Of a DNA stretch of 37,774 nt, positions 23,539-33,673 are shown one piece after another (positions within the stretch are counted from its first letter, which is position 1; every line of letters starts with the position of its first letter). Below the pieces are notes generated by a model that saw nothing but the letters and a program-made list of their open reading frames with translations, did not search any database and was not told the DNA's origin. The position numbers were made by a program, and so were the translations under genes. This DNA is from a virus (lineage: Duplodnaviria > Caudoviricetes): positions 1 to 37,774 of IMG/VR virus record IMGVR_UViG_3300033076_000793, one strand, 5' to 3'.

Positions 23539-24267
23539 TTACTCAGCTGTTGAAATTGTCATAACTTTGCCGCTATCGTCTGCGAATGCTGCAAAATCAA
23601 ATTCTGGCACTGCGAAATCTTCAAGTTTTGTTGCAAAGCTTAATTTGCTTGAAGTACATTTTGCAAGTTGGTAGTTTACTGATTTACCATTATAAATAGC
23701 TGTAAAGTAAATTTTGAAAAATGGTGTTGTTCCCAAAAGTTGGTTTGTAACAACAATTTTTTTACCTGTTGTGCTGTTTGTATAAGTGTAACTTATCGCA
23801 ACACCTTTGCCTGTGTCAGCCGCTGCAAATGTATAAACGCCTGCACTTACTGAATATTGACCTGTCGCTGGACTTGAACTAACTTTTGTAAGTGGCAATC
23901 CGGTATCACTAAATTTAACGCCCAAATCTTCTGAATAAGTTGCGCTGTTTGTTACTGTTACCGTATAAGGTGAACTTGCCGGAATTGATCCCGCTTCGCC
24001 GTTAGCTGTTAGCACTTGGCCTGTAACCATATTTGCGCCAAAAAATAGTGAGTTATAAATCTCACCGTTGATTTGTGCAAACTTGGCTTTCCCTGTTACC
24101 TTCCCCGTTCCTCTCGCAACTGCGACCGGAAATTGTGTTGAACCATAAAGCTCTTTGGTGTTGAAAGATGTTTCAATGCTTGCTTCTTGAAGCGTTCCAA
24201 ATTGAATTGCATTTCCTGACGAATCAACACCCCAAAGAGATCCGGCTCCAAATTGATAAGTTGCCAT
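23539..24267 (-). CDS. Major tail tube protein
   Basis: Position; FGTLQE...KELYG..QFPVAVARG; ATGQYSVSAGVYTFAAAD beta insertion. Confidence 0.85.
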   Translation of the reverse strand: MATYQFGAGSLWGVDSSGNAIQFGTLQEASIETSFNTKELYGSTQFPVAVARGTGKVTGKAKFAQINGEIYNSLFFGANMVTGQVLTANGEAGSIPASSPYTVTVTNSATYSEDLGVKFSDTGLPLTKVSSSPATGQYSVSAGVYTFAAADTGKGVAISYTYTNSTTGKKIVVTNQLLGTTPFFKIYFTAIYNGKSVNYQLAKCTSSKLSFATKLEDFAVPEFDFAAFADDSGKVMTISTAE

Positions 24268-24295
24268 GATTTTTTCCCCCTGTTAAATTTTAAAA

Positions 24296-24333
24296 ATTAT
24301 AGCATTAACCAAAATTTTGGTTTGCTATCTTAA
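24296..24333 (-). promoter_or_regulatory. Putative promoter for the major tail gene
   Basis: TGCTATAAT (24296-304) with upstream TTAAG. Confidence 0.45.
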
Positions 24334-24733
24334 TGCTTATTGGCACGATTGCAACTGCTTGATCGCCTAAAACGCCCTCATCGGTTTCTATTGTCCCGCC
24401 GATCCAGCAATGCGAAACTAACCCGCCCAATTCTTGAAAGCCATTATAGTTTGGCTTCAATGCTGTTTCGATTTTGTCTAAATATTGGTTAAGCAAGGTT
24501 GACGGATTCCCATCTTGCGAATTTACATATAAATACAAAGAAGCGCTAAAATCCCATTGCGCCGGCATTCCTTTAACTTGCGTCGGTGACTCGTTTATTT
24601 GAATCTGAAATAATGCTGGCTGTTCGCTCGGTGGAACGTCATTCCAATGTTTTAACTTGCGCGAAACTGTTTTTAATCCCGTTATATTTTTAACCTTATC
24701 AAATAACGCTTGATAAATTGCTTCCCTGTTCAT
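24305..24733 (-). CDS. Tail terminator protein
   Basis: MNREAIYQALF...QPALF...LGGLVSHCWI.G; directly upstream of the tail tube gene. Confidence 0.75.
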   Translation of the reverse strand: MNREAIYQALFDKVKNITGLKTVSRKLKHWNDVPPSEQPALFQIQINESPTQVKGMPAQWDFSASLYLYVNSQDGNPSTLLNQYLDKIETALKPNYNGFQELGGLVSHCWIGGTIETDEGVLGDQAVAIVPISIKIANQNFG

Positions 24734-25209
24734 ACCTTAACCGCCTTGCTAATATCGCTTTGAATAATTGGTCGCATTTCTGCCAACGCTGTCCGCATAA
24801 ATGAACGCTCCGGATAATTAACGGTTCTTGTGTGTGATCTTACGCTTATTTGTTTTGGAGAAATAGATTTGCCCCAAACCTTTTTAATTGTTCGTAAGTG
24901 TGACCGTACATTTTCCGTCCCTCTTAATCCGAATTCGTGCATAATCCCGTATTTAGCCGCGTCTGCCCCAATACCAACACGCCCAATAATTTCACTTGGT
25001 GTTTTATCTACTCTATAATTAATTGACCTTCTAAGCGTTCCGGTACGTGTTTTTAATACCTGTCCGGTTAGCTTTTCAGATTTAATTTTTGCTTGTAGTT
25101 GGATTGATAGTTTTGTGATAGTTGAAAGTAAAGAATCATAAATTTTTGGCTCTAACTCTTTGAGCTTTGAAGCTACTTCTTTATCGCCAATAAATTCAAT
25201 TTTTACCAT
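24730..25209 (-). CDS. HK97 gp10-like / virion morphogenesis (neck) protein
   Basis: RTGTLRRSI...YG.MHEFG...PERSFMRTAL. Confidence 0.8.
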   Translation of the reverse strand: MVKIEFIGDKEVASKLKELEPKIYDSLLSTITKLSIQLQAKIKSEKLTGQVLKTRTGTLRRSINYRVDKTPSEIIGRVGIGADAAKYGIMHEFGLRGTENVRSHLRTIKKVWGKSISPKQISVRSHTRTVNYPERSFMRTALAEMRPIIQSDISKAVKV

Positions 25210-25727
25210 TAAACCACCCTAACATAAGATGCTAAAACATTTTTGATTTCTGCCCTTATGTCTTTATGCTCAAAACTAATTACTTCACCAGCTAACGTTT
25301 TACTATTGAGTCCGATTCTATCTTTTTGCTTGTATTTATACGAAACTAATTCAATACAAGCTTGCTTGACGTCCAAAGGTGTACTTGCAAAGCCAGCTTT
25401 GTAACTTATTTGAATATTCATAACACCTATTGGAAACACATTTCCATCGGTAAAATAAATCAAATTTGAAGTGTTCTTAGCTGTGACTTCTGCGTCCCAA
25501 ATCTTAACGCTTGTAATTTCTATAATTGGCGCATAATAAATCGGCATTTTTGCGTTTCCTGTGCCGTCGCGTATTTCCAAATAATCAGTTATTGCAAACT
25601 TTCGGTTTGTGTAGTTTTCTATAAACTCACTCCCGTTGTTAATCAAAGATGTTAACAATTCGTCGCTTGACGTTGTTTCAATGCCTAAATATTGTTTTAC
25701 TTCGTCAAGTGTGCAAAGTGCCATCAT
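25209..25727 (-). CDS. Head-tail connector (gp6/gp15-like)
   Basis: LCTLDEVKQYLGI....DELL..LI......IENYTNR...YKAGF...P.DVKQAC. Confidence 0.88.
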   Translation of the reverse strand: MMALCTLDEVKQYLGIETTSSDELLTSLINNGSEFIENYTNRKFAITDYLEIRDGTGNAKMPIYYAPIIEITSVKIWDAEVTAKNTSNLIYFTDGNVFPIGVMNIQISYKAGFASTPLDVKQACIELVSYKYKQKDRIGLNSKTLAGEVISFEHKDIRAEIKNVLASYVRVV

Positions 25728-25900
25728 TTACCCCTTGTTTTCTTTTTTGGCTCTTCTTGTGGCTCTTCTTCTACAATTGAAAAACCATTATCAAGCAAAA
25801 ATTCAATATGTGTCGTGACTTCAATAAATCCGTCTATGATCTCAACACTTTTGCCTTCTAAAGACAAGCTTTTGCAACTTTCTGGTGCTTTTAATTTCAT
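25724..25900 (-). CDS. Small head-associated protein (58 aa)
   Basis: Manual ORF MKLKAPESCKSLSLEGK...PKKKTRGK with SD AAGGG; typical small gene after a capsid gene. Confidence 0.7.
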   Translation of the reverse strand: MKLKAPESCKSLSLEGKSVEIIDGFIEVTTHIEFLLDNGFSIVEEEPQEEPKKKTRGK

Positions 25901-25914
25901 TTGCTTTCCCTTTT

Positions 25915-25938
25915 TAAAGTGGGAGAGTTGCCTCTCCC
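25915..25938 (-). terminator. Hairpin after the capsid gene (weak terminator or stabiliser)
   Basis: GGGAGAG-GCAA-CUCUCCC (GNRA loop) followed by a short U run. Confidence 0.6.
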
Positions 25939-25942
25939 TTGA

Positions 25943-27457
25943 TTATGCGATATTTGTAATAATACCCATCGAAAATGGTGCATAATGTTGAAGCACGCCA
26001 TCAGCATAAACGCCGTACTCATATTTTCTAGTTTTGAGTGGCCATTCAAGTTGATAGTAATCTTGTCTCATTAACATTTGGCAAACATTGCCCACGTTGC
26101 TTAGTGGATAAGGCAAGCTTTCAGTAAAGAAGAAGATTGTTCCCGCTGGCATATTTGGATGTACAACTAAAGGAATTTTTGTTCCTGTTACTTTATTCAA
26201 GTATTCGCCAACAACCATACCCGCTGAAATTGCAGAAGGATTTCCAACATCAGTTGTTAATCTCAACAATGGAGCGCCACCGTTACCAATAATCAACTTA
26301 GTGATTTTAATCAAATCTGTTGCCGAGCAATAGATTTTAGTAGGGCTTAGTCTATATTTGTTATAGAAACCGATAAACGCTTCCTCAAACTCTGCGATCC
26401 CGCCAGCACCATCAGAAGTTAAAGGCGTACCTGTTCCCGCTGTACCTGTTGCCATTGTTTTGATATAAGCATTTGAACCTGATTTAAACGCTTGATACAA
26501 TAGACCGTCAAAATCTAAATCAGATTTAGAATTGTCTGCATCTATCAAAGCGCTTGCTGCTTGTGCGCCACTTGCCGAAGCCGCTGTGATAACAACTGAG
26601 TTGATATTTGTAACCGCATTCAATTTTTCTGCGCCAGCTGCGCCAACATACCAAGCGTAACCAACTGCACCATTTACTGCCGCTACTGAGCAAGATAATT
26701 TACCAACACTTACGCCAACACTTACAACGCCTGTTGCTGCATCTGATTTTTGAGCAGATCCACCGCCAAATGTATCAGTTGAACCATCAGCGTTTGTTCT
26801 TGTGATTTGTGAAGGAACGATTGAAGTTGCTGCATTGAAATAAGATCCTGTTGAACCGTTATTAACACCAACTGCATCAAGGTAAGCTTGAAGTCCTAAA
26901 GCAACACAAATAACGCTCCAAGTACCAGCCGCAAGAGTACCGCCTGTATCAGCTGCAACAACCGTTGGAGTTCCTGTTTTGCCCATAGTTACCGAAGTAT
27001 TACCACCAAGGATCAATCTCTCTTCTTGAATCATAGTTGCTTCAAGTGTTTGTTGAACCGCTAAAGCTTTTACATCTTCGTAATTTTTAGCCGCATAGTT
27101 TGCTTCGAAAGTTACATTGTTTTCAAGTCCATAGCCTCTAAACGCCGCAAAATATTCGCTTTGTGCGTGTGAAATAACGCCACCTCTTTTACCTTCTGCA
27201 ACACCCGCTCTTACATTGTTAACGTTAACGTTTGTAATTGCTTTCCAATTTGCTTGGATCGCGTAACTTCCGCCAACTCTTGCAATGCTATTTCTTAGCG
27301 GTGTAAGTACCGGATAAAGCTTTTTGCTTGGTGCTTCAAGGTTGTAAGCTTGTAAACCTGTTGTAGCTGTTGAAGGTTGTACAAACGACTTAATAATATC
27401 GTCCGGAGTGCTTTGCGCTACTTTAAGCGCTGCCAAACTTTCATTTGTCATACTCAT
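25943..27457 (-). CDS. Major capsid protein with an inserted beta-rich domain
   Basis: Follows protease/scaffold; LEAPSKKLYPVLTPLRN...VHPNMPAGTI...YEYGVY; Ala/Gly-rich and followed by a hairpin. Confidence 0.85.
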   Translation of the reverse strand: MSMTNESLAALKVAQSTPDDIIKSFVQPSTATTGLQAYNLEAPSKKLYPVLTPLRNSIARVGGSYAIQANWKAITNVNVNNVRAGVAEGKRGGVISHAQSEYFAAFRGYGLENNVTFEANYAAKNYEDVKALAVQQTLEATMIQEERLILGGNTSVTMGKTGTPTVVAADTGGTLAAGTWSVICVALGLQAYLDAVGVNNGSTGSYFNAATSIVPSQITRTNADGSTDTFGGGSAQKSDAATGVVSVGVSVGKLSCSVAAVNGAVGYAWYVGAAGAEKLNAVTNINSVVITAASASGAQAASALIDADNSKSDLDFDGLLYQAFKSGSNAYIKTMATGTAGTGTPLTSDGAGGIAEFEEAFIGFYNKYRLSPTKIYCSATDLIKITKLIIGNGGAPLLRLTTDVGNPSAISAGMVVGEYLNKVTGTKIPLVVHPNMPAGTIFFFTESLPYPLSNVGNVCQMLMRQDYYQLEWPLKTRKYEYGVYADGVLQHYAPFSMGIITNIA

Positions 27458-27530
27458 GTTGTTTCCTCTCTTTTTTGTTTTTTGGATCGATGTAATAATA
27501 CATCAATTAAATAAATCGGTTTTTCCGAAT

Positions 27531-28655
27531 TTATATGCCCTTGTGAATTGATTTAATTAGTGACGCTACCTCGTTAACGCTACCTTTTGAATCATACACC
27601 ACCGCTTTTTCTATAACCTCACCGACTGCAACATCGTCGCTTTTTGCTATTGCTAACAATGCGCCTTTTGGTGTTGCTGGAATTGCTTCTAGCTCTACAA
27701 TCTTATCGTGTGCTTTTTGCAAATCGCTTTTCGCAATTTCAAGCTCGCTTTTCATAAGATCAAAAGATTTTTGAAGATCATCGGCTTTTGCCAAATCTTC
27801 TAAAGCTTCGCTTTTTTCCGCTTCGCCCTCATCTTCTTTTTTATCGTCTTCGCCTTCCTCTTCGCTGCCCATTAGCTCTTTGCATAAAGCCATAATATTA
27901 GCAAGCTTGTCTTTGTTGGCTCGACTGATTGAAGCGCCAGCTTTTGCTATATCGTCCACTTTGTCCGACATTTCAATGATTTGTCCTGCTGTTTCGCCTG
28001 ATCCATTATCTTCTTGGATCTCGCTAACTATGAACGCCTTTATTGCTTTAATAGCTGTTTGAAGTGCTTGTATTTGCTCTGGCATTTGCTCATCTTCGTT
28101 TAGTTCATAACCAAGCAAATTCATTACATTGCTAAGCGCTTCTAAAGCCATTCTTGAGTCCCAAACTTCCTCGCCCATAAACCCTTTAATCAAGTTTAAA
28201 GCTTCGTCAGATTTTGTGACTTCTGTTTTTTCTTCCATATCGTCCCCCTTGTAAAATGCAAAAACCGCTTCGGGATTTGCCGGTCTATCGACTAAGCTAA
28301 TCTCAGTTAAGCGTAGTTTAGTAATCGTATCATTTATTTTTGTAACGATTTTCCCGCCAATAGAAAAGCCATTATAAACACCTTCTTTGACTTTTGCCCA
28401 CGCTGCATCATCAACAACTTTAACGCCTAAGTATAAACCCTTTTCGTCAATCGTTGCCTCTTGTGCCTTACCCACCGCGCTTGGTTGGTGCATTTCGCGA
28501 ATATTGCCAAACCGCATATATTCCGGCAAGGCTTCTGTGATTGCGTCTTTTGCTACGATTTCGCCTTGGCTATCCATGGTTTCAGTCGAAGCATATCCAA
28601 AAACCATTCTTTCATCATCGTCTGATTTTGTGAATGGTATAAAAATATTTTTCAT
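27531..28655 (-). CDS. Prohead protease (XkdF/HK97-like) with C-terminal scaffold
   Basis: ERMVFGYAS...DSQGE...IREMH...GVYNGFSIGG...EISLVDRPANP; acidic coiled-coil tail. Confidence 0.9.
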   Translation of the reverse strand: MKNIFIPFTKSDDDERMVFGYASTETMDSQGEIVAKDAITEALPEYMRFGNIREMHQPSAVGKAQEATIDEKGLYLGVKVVDDAAWAKVKEGVYNGFSIGGKIVTKINDTITKLRLTEISLVDRPANPEAVFAFYKGDDMEEKTEVTKSDEALNLIKGFMGEEVWDSRMALEALSNVMNLLGYELNEDEQMPEQIQALQTAIKAIKAFIVSEIQEDNGSGETAGQIIEMSDKVDDIAKAGASISRANKDKLANIMALCKELMGSEEEGEDDKKEDEGEAEKSEALEDLAKADDLQKSFDLMKSELEIAKSDLQKAHDKIVELEAIPATPKGALLAIAKSDDVAVGEVIEKAVVYDSKGSVNEVASLIKSIHKGI

Positions 28656-28664
28656 AGTTACTCC

Positions 28665-29234
28665 TTATAATTCTGTCCAACCAAAACTTGCTGAAAACGC
28701 AACTGTTTCGGAGGTTGTATTTGTTAGCTTAATTGCATAAATTGTACTTGGTTTTAATATCCACCCCGCATCAATTCCCGAATTTGCCGAAGAGACTCTT
28801 TGCCCAACACCTGGGATAATTGGCGGCTTATCTGTAAAAATTAATGTTCCGCCTGTTATACTTCCGCCAAAATAAACACTCATTGAGGCCGAAATATTTA
28901 AGCTTCTGTTTCTATTGCTTATAATTTGCAAAGATCCTTGCGAAACAACCGTTGGATTCTCTAAAAATTCAAGCAAAACACCGCCTGAGCTAAAGCTAAT
29001 TAATAACCCGTTGAAATGAATATATTTACCATCTGTGTTTCCAATCATCGTAAGGCTTTGCCCTGCGTTAATAGATCCATAGCTTGAAACTCCAAACGCT
29101 TTACCTTCATAAACCGCTGTTTCAAGAGTTGTTTCGGTCTTTAAATTTCCATATTTTCCAATAACATTATAAACTGACCCGCTTTCGTCAATAAATCTTC
29201 CCGTTTGAGGAAATTTTAAATTAATATCTGCCAT
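28665..29234 (-). CDS. Hypothetical, probably virion-associated beta-rich protein
   Basis: 189-aa ORF between portal and protease, translationally coupled. Confidence 0.65.
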   Translation of the reverse strand: MADINLKFPQTGRFIDESGSVYNVIGKYGNLKTETTLETAVYEGKAFGVSSYGSINAGQSLTMIGNTDGKYIHFNGLLISFSSGGVLLEFLENPTVVSQGSLQIISNRNRSLNISASMSVYFGGSITGGTLIFTDKPPIIPGVGQRVSSANSGIDAGWILKPSTIYAIKLTNTTSETVAFSASFGWTEL

Positions 29235-31576
29235 TAATCAACCTCCTTGTCGTCAATTATAGGTATAAGCGAACACATGCAATTTGGGTGGTATGGTGGC
29301 ATCATATCCCCATTTTGAAACGGCTCATCAAACGGGATTATGCCTTGTTCCGCGTTTGCAATATCATCTTCGCCATGATTTTCATTTGTACCTAATAAAG
29401 ACCGTTTAAACTTTACAATCCCGCTTTGTTTCCACGCTGCAAAATTTCCTTGCTCGTCTGCAAACGCTAATTCGGTTCTTGCTATCATTGAAGCTCTATA
29501 ATCGCTAAACGCGTACGATTCTTGAAGCGAATTTTTAAGCTCATCAACTGTAAGTCCATCTGAAATTGCGCTCTCAATTGTTGGCCTTAAAAAATCTTTT
29601 GTTGTTTCGTCAAGCTTTGCTAATTCTAAGCCTCGTTCTTTTGCCCAATCTGCGGCCAAATCATTTATGATCTTGTAATCATCTTTTGAGGTTTTGTAGC
29701 TTATCGCCTCAAAGCCAGCCGCCCCACCTTCTTTAAATGCACTAACCAAATCAGGACTAATTTCTTTTGCTATAACGTCAAATTTAACATCTTTTATTTT
29801 GTTTATATAATCGTTAACACCCTTGCTTTTTGCAACTATATCACCATAAGTAATCGAACTCGATGTTTCCATTTGCGGGTAATAAACTTCTCGCCAAAAA
29901 TCCCCAAAAGCTTTTTCAAGTTGTTTTTGGATCTGCTCGTCTAATATCTCCGCGCTTCCGCCTTCTTTTGCAAAAGACTTAAGCATCAAAGTCCCGTAAA
30001 CATCTTCGAAATATGCCTTGCCTTCTGTTATGCCGCTAATATAAACACGATCATAATCATTTTTTTGCCATCTGTTTAAAATGCCCCAGGCTTTCCCTAT
30101 TTTTTGGCTTGTAGTTTTACTGAGCTTAAAAAATTGATCTGTTATTTTTTCTATTACTGTTCCTTCAATTTCTCCAACGCGGTCGCTTTTGCTTCTGCCG
30201 GCTTTCCTAATACTGAAATTTTTGAGTATTGGCAAACCGGCTTGTTTCTTTCCCACCGTTTCTTCTTTGTTGTCTGCACTTTCTAAAGGATTAATAATTT
30301 CAGGCATTAACTCTTCTTCGCTTAATGGTTCAAGCCCTAACTCTCCCCTTACTTCGTTTTTAGTTTTAATACCGCTATTTACATAAATTTGATCGATTTC
30401 CGCTTGCGTTTTTGGATCTAATTCTTTTTTGGATTTCCATTTAAAGCAAATATCATTTATGCCAAAATACTTTTGAATAATGTAATTATGGAAATGTTCC
30501 ACCCAATTCATCAAAGGCTTTAACCCCTCGTCTGCGGCTGCTTCTTGTGCTGTTTCCGCTGTGCTTCTATTCATCATTTTTGCAAAAGCTTGCGGGCTTA
30601 TGCTAAACGCGAAACAAACCACCCTTGCTAACCATTCGTCGTAATCATCTTTAAGCACCGGCTCTTTTGTAGGAATATAACTAACGCCGTGTGGAATGAA
30701 TTTTAATTTTCTTCTTTGCGCCATGTTGCCCTCAATAATAGCATCCCAATATTGCTGAAACTCTTTTAACTGTGAAGCTGACCACGATTCCGGCACGCTC
30801 GCCAACGCTTCTGGTACATTTCCTTCTTTGTAGTATTGGAATTGACCTAACTGTCTTCTAAGCGCAATGTTAATCGTTACAATTATCTGCTCAACCGGTG
30901 AGTAGCCGTAAAGTTTGTTTGTTCTTACGTTGCGCGGCAAATAAATAAGCTCATCGCGATTATAATCAACCGCTGGCAAACCTTTTAAAATTTGTTGATA
31001 AGCTGGACTTGGTGGGAGCGGTATTCTTCCTCTATCATCAATGACTTTTTTTATTGTAGATCCGTCCATCAAATCTAAACTATAAAGCTGTCCACCTCTT
31101 GTTAATCTTGGATAAGCGCAAGCCGCATCAATTACAAATAAGTCTTCAAGGATTGCCCGCAACCAAGTTTCGTGATTGTTTACTTTGTCTGGATAACTAA
31201 AAAAGGCTTTAAGCGTTTCCACTTTTGCATCGTCTTTTTTTTCTTCGTCTTTGTATTTAATATCCCAATCCAAAGCGCAAATTTGATCTTTTCTAGTTTC
31301 AATTACAAGCCTTAAGATGTCCCAGCCATCGGCAAGACTTCGCAACTGTGCAAATTTATCTTTTATCGGCGTTCCGTCATATTCTCTCGCTTGAACCGCA
31401 ATATTTAGCGCGGTTAAGTAATCAACTTGACGTCCGGCCGCTTGTTCTTGTGCGTGTGGCTCTTGTGGATTGTCTGCCCCAAACCAAGAGTCTGGCTTGT
31501 TGCCCGTCACAACGTATTTTACGCCTTGAACAACTCTGTCGATTATGCCTTGATCGATAGGTGTTTTTTCTGCCAT
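29234..31576 (-). CDS. Portal protein fused to a MuF/SPP1 gp7-like head morphogenesis domain
   Basis: Portal motifs (YGYSPVEQI; GIKTKNEVRGELGLEP) in the first ~420 aa; C-terminal RASMIARTE...PPYHPNCMC. Confidence 0.88.
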   Translation of the reverse strand: MAEKTPIDQGIIDRVVQGVKYVVTGNKPDSWFGADNPQEPHAQEQAAGRQVDYLTALNIAVQAREYDGTPIKDKFAQLRSLADGWDILRLVIETRKDQICALDWDIKYKDEEKKDDAKVETLKAFFSYPDKVNNHETWLRAILEDLFVIDAACAYPRLTRGGQLYSLDLMDGSTIKKVIDDRGRIPLPPSPAYQQILKGLPAVDYNRDELIYLPRNVRTNKLYGYSPVEQIIVTINIALRRQLGQFQYYKEGNVPEALASVPESWSASQLKEFQQYWDAIIEGNMAQRRKLKFIPHGVSYIPTKEPVLKDDYDEWLARVVCFAFSISPQAFAKMMNRSTAETAQEAAADEGLKPLMNWVEHFHNYIIQKYFGINDICFKWKSKKELDPKTQAEIDQIYVNSGIKTKNEVRGELGLEPLSEEELMPEIINPLESADNKEETVGKKQAGLPILKNFSIRKAGRSKSDRVGEIEGTVIEKITDQFFKLSKTTSQKIGKAWGILNRWQKNDYDRVYISGITEGKAYFEDVYGTLMLKSFAKEGGSAEILDEQIQKQLEKAFGDFWREVYYPQMETSSSITYGDIVAKSKGVNDYINKIKDVKFDVIAKEISPDLVSAFKEGGAAGFEAISYKTSKDDYKIINDLAADWAKERGLELAKLDETTKDFLRPTIESAISDGLTVDELKNSLQESYAFSDYRASMIARTELAFADEQGNFAAWKQSGIVKFKRSLLGTNENHGEDDIANAEQGIIPFDEPFQNGDMMPPYHPNCMCSLIPIIDDKEVD

Positions 31577-31612
31577 ACTGAACCCTTTTTTAGTTTAATT
31601 TTACTCTTTTTA

Positions 31613-33160
31613 TTAATGTTGGTTTTGCTGTTTATAGTAATCCAAAATAGCCGTCGGGCTTCCCGTTTGTGGTGCAAATGCCAACATAAGCGCATCAGCT
31701 TTGTTTGGCGATTTAACGCCTCTTTTTTTCATATCCGCTTTGCTTTCAATTTTGATTTTTCCGTTTTCTGCAAATAAATATTTTGGTTGCGATAGTTCCG
31801 CGATTAACTCTGTATCGTTTGGAATTGAAATCAAATCATCTTCTGTATAAGTTTCAAGACCGTTTTTTGCTTCATAGGTTCTTTTAAATCGCAACCGCAT
31901 ATCCCACCACAAAAGCGCTCTAAGATTATAAAACATGTCTTGCTTCTGTCGGCCGGTATCCCGATACATACCAATTCCAACACCATCTCCGGAATTGATC
32001 CCATTTATCTCAATTAATCCGTTTGTATTAAGCTCTGCAAACTCACCTTTTGCTCCAGCGCCGACGCCGATTGAATCATAATTAATAACTTCTACTTTAT
32101 CATCAAGCGCCATATTATAAACTTTTCGTGTGCTTTGCGTTGTCGTTCCCGTTTTCCATTTTTCTACATTATTAATGTAATTTCCATGGCGTGAAACAAT
32201 AGCGTAAAAGTCCGACCCCTCATCTGCAACGTCATAACCTATAAATTTGCGCCCTTCGGCTCTGATTTGATAATTTATTGCAGCCGCAACCCATATTGCC
32301 GGAATACATACATTTTCAATTGAGGCGGAGTAATCAATGTCTATCTCTTGTGCAACTGTTACCGGATCCAAAGTGTCACATTGCTTTTTATACCAAGCTT
32401 CGTCTTTTCGCGGATCATCTCGCCAATTCATAGTAAAAGTTCTAACCTTACCGCTAAAGCGCTTTTGATAGAATGGATTCCCGTTGCCGTTTGGCGTAGA
32501 AATATCTATTTTAACATCGGAGTTTTGGGAAAGTGCAGCCTCTATTTTTTCCGGCCGTTCATAAAATGCGCTTTCGTCCTTAAAATATATTGTTGAACGT
32601 CCACCCCGCCCGATATTATCTCCCGCTTCGCCCGCGATTACATTTCCATTTTCAGGATTGATAATTTTCAAATATGTTGCGTGTTTATTTTCTTGGTATC
32701 CTTCTGGCCTAAATTCTTGCGGAAGAAATTTGATAAACATTCGTATTTTTTCAAAGATTGAATCGGGATCACCTACCCTATCAACTAACATTTCTTTTCT
32801 TGAACCCCACCCGATTTTTGATCCTTCATGGAATAGCCAAAGCCAAACGCTAAATGCTGACGCCAACCAAGTGAAACCCATATCTCTCGATTTTTCCGCC
32901 AGCCCATCTTCTTTGAGTTCATATCTATCTTTAAGCCACGAAATAAACTCTTCTTGCTTTGGAAACAATATAAACGGCATTAATGCGGGTTTTTTTCTAG
33001 GGTCAAAGGTTACGCCCCAATCGTTTATAAAATCAATTGGATTGTGCTTATAGTGTAGTTTTATAGCTGGTATTGCTTCGGGGTTCGCCCTTAGCTTGTT
33101 TAAAAAATCAATTCTCTTTTTAAATATCGGCAAATAATCGGGTTGCTTGTAGTTAATCAC
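31613..33160 (-). CDS. terL: Terminase large subunit
   Basis: EKSRDMGFTW (Walker A), YFKDESA (Walker B), ISTPNG, GYDVADEG.D and SPNKADAL nuclease motifs. Confidence 0.95.
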   Translation of the reverse strand: MINYKQPDYLPIFKKRIDFLNKLRANPEAIPAIKLHYKHNPIDFINDWGVTFDPRKKPALMPFILFPKQEEFISWLKDRYELKEDGLAEKSRDMGFTWLASAFSVWLWLFHEGSKIGWGSRKEMLVDRVGDPDSIFEKIRMFIKFLPQEFRPEGYQENKHATYLKIINPENGNVIAGEAGDNIGRGGRSTIYFKDESAFYERPEKIEAALSQNSDVKIDISTPNGNGNPFYQKRFSGKVRTFTMNWRDDPRKDEAWYKKQCDTLDPVTVAQEIDIDYSASIENVCIPAIWVAAAINYQIRAEGRKFIGYDVADEGSDFYAIVSRHGNYINNVEKWKTGTTTQSTRKVYNMALDDKVEVINYDSIGVGAGAKGEFAELNTNGLIEINGINSGDGVGIGMYRDTGRQKQDMFYNLRALLWWDMRLRFKRTYEAKNGLETYTEDDLISIPNDTELIAELSQPKYLFAENGKIKIESKADMKKRGVKSPNKADALMLAFAPQTGSPTAILDYYKQQNQH

Positions 33161-33673
33161 TTACTTTCCGATCATATCTAAGTAAACCCGCGAGGCTTCA
33201 TCTTGCGTTGTAATGCTTTGCTGTACGTTTGCATTGTTTAAGTGAAGGTTTACTTCTTGCATTATTTCGGGCTTTTTAGACTCCGGCAATAAAACCTCTT
33301 TTATTCTAATAACCGCATCTGCGCCGTCTTTCATGTCTTTAAGCGTTTCTGCATCATCTATTAAAGCAAGTGTTTTTTTCAATAATTTAAAAGCTGTTCC
33401 ATCAATTGCTTTGTTTCTTTTTAGTTTTTCTTCGATTATTTCGGTCGCAATACGCTGTTCCTGTGCCGGAAGTTCGGAAACCGCATTTGATGCGGCTACA
33501 ACGCCATTAATTCGTTCGGTAACCTGTTCGGAAACCCCCCATTTTTCCAACTTAACCTTTTCGCTTAGTGTGCCTTTTGAAATATTAAATTTCTTTGTTA
33601 TTTCAGTCTGCGTCATTCCTGCTTCATAATATTTTTGTATCAAGCTCCAATTATGTTTTTGAGGTCGTGCCAT
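33161..33673 (-). CDS. terS: Terminase small subunit
   Basis: N-terminal HTH (W..IQKYYEAG...EI.KKFNIS...W) directly upstream of terL. Confidence 0.75.
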   Translation of the reverse strand: MARPQKHNWSLIQKYYEAGMTQTEITKKFNISKGTLSEKVKLEKWGVSEQVTERINGVVAASNAVSELPAQEQRIATEIIEEKLKRNKAIDGTAFKLLKKTLALIDDAETLKDMKDGADAVIRIKEVLLPESKKPEIMQEVNLHLNNANVQQSITTQDEASRVYLDMIGK

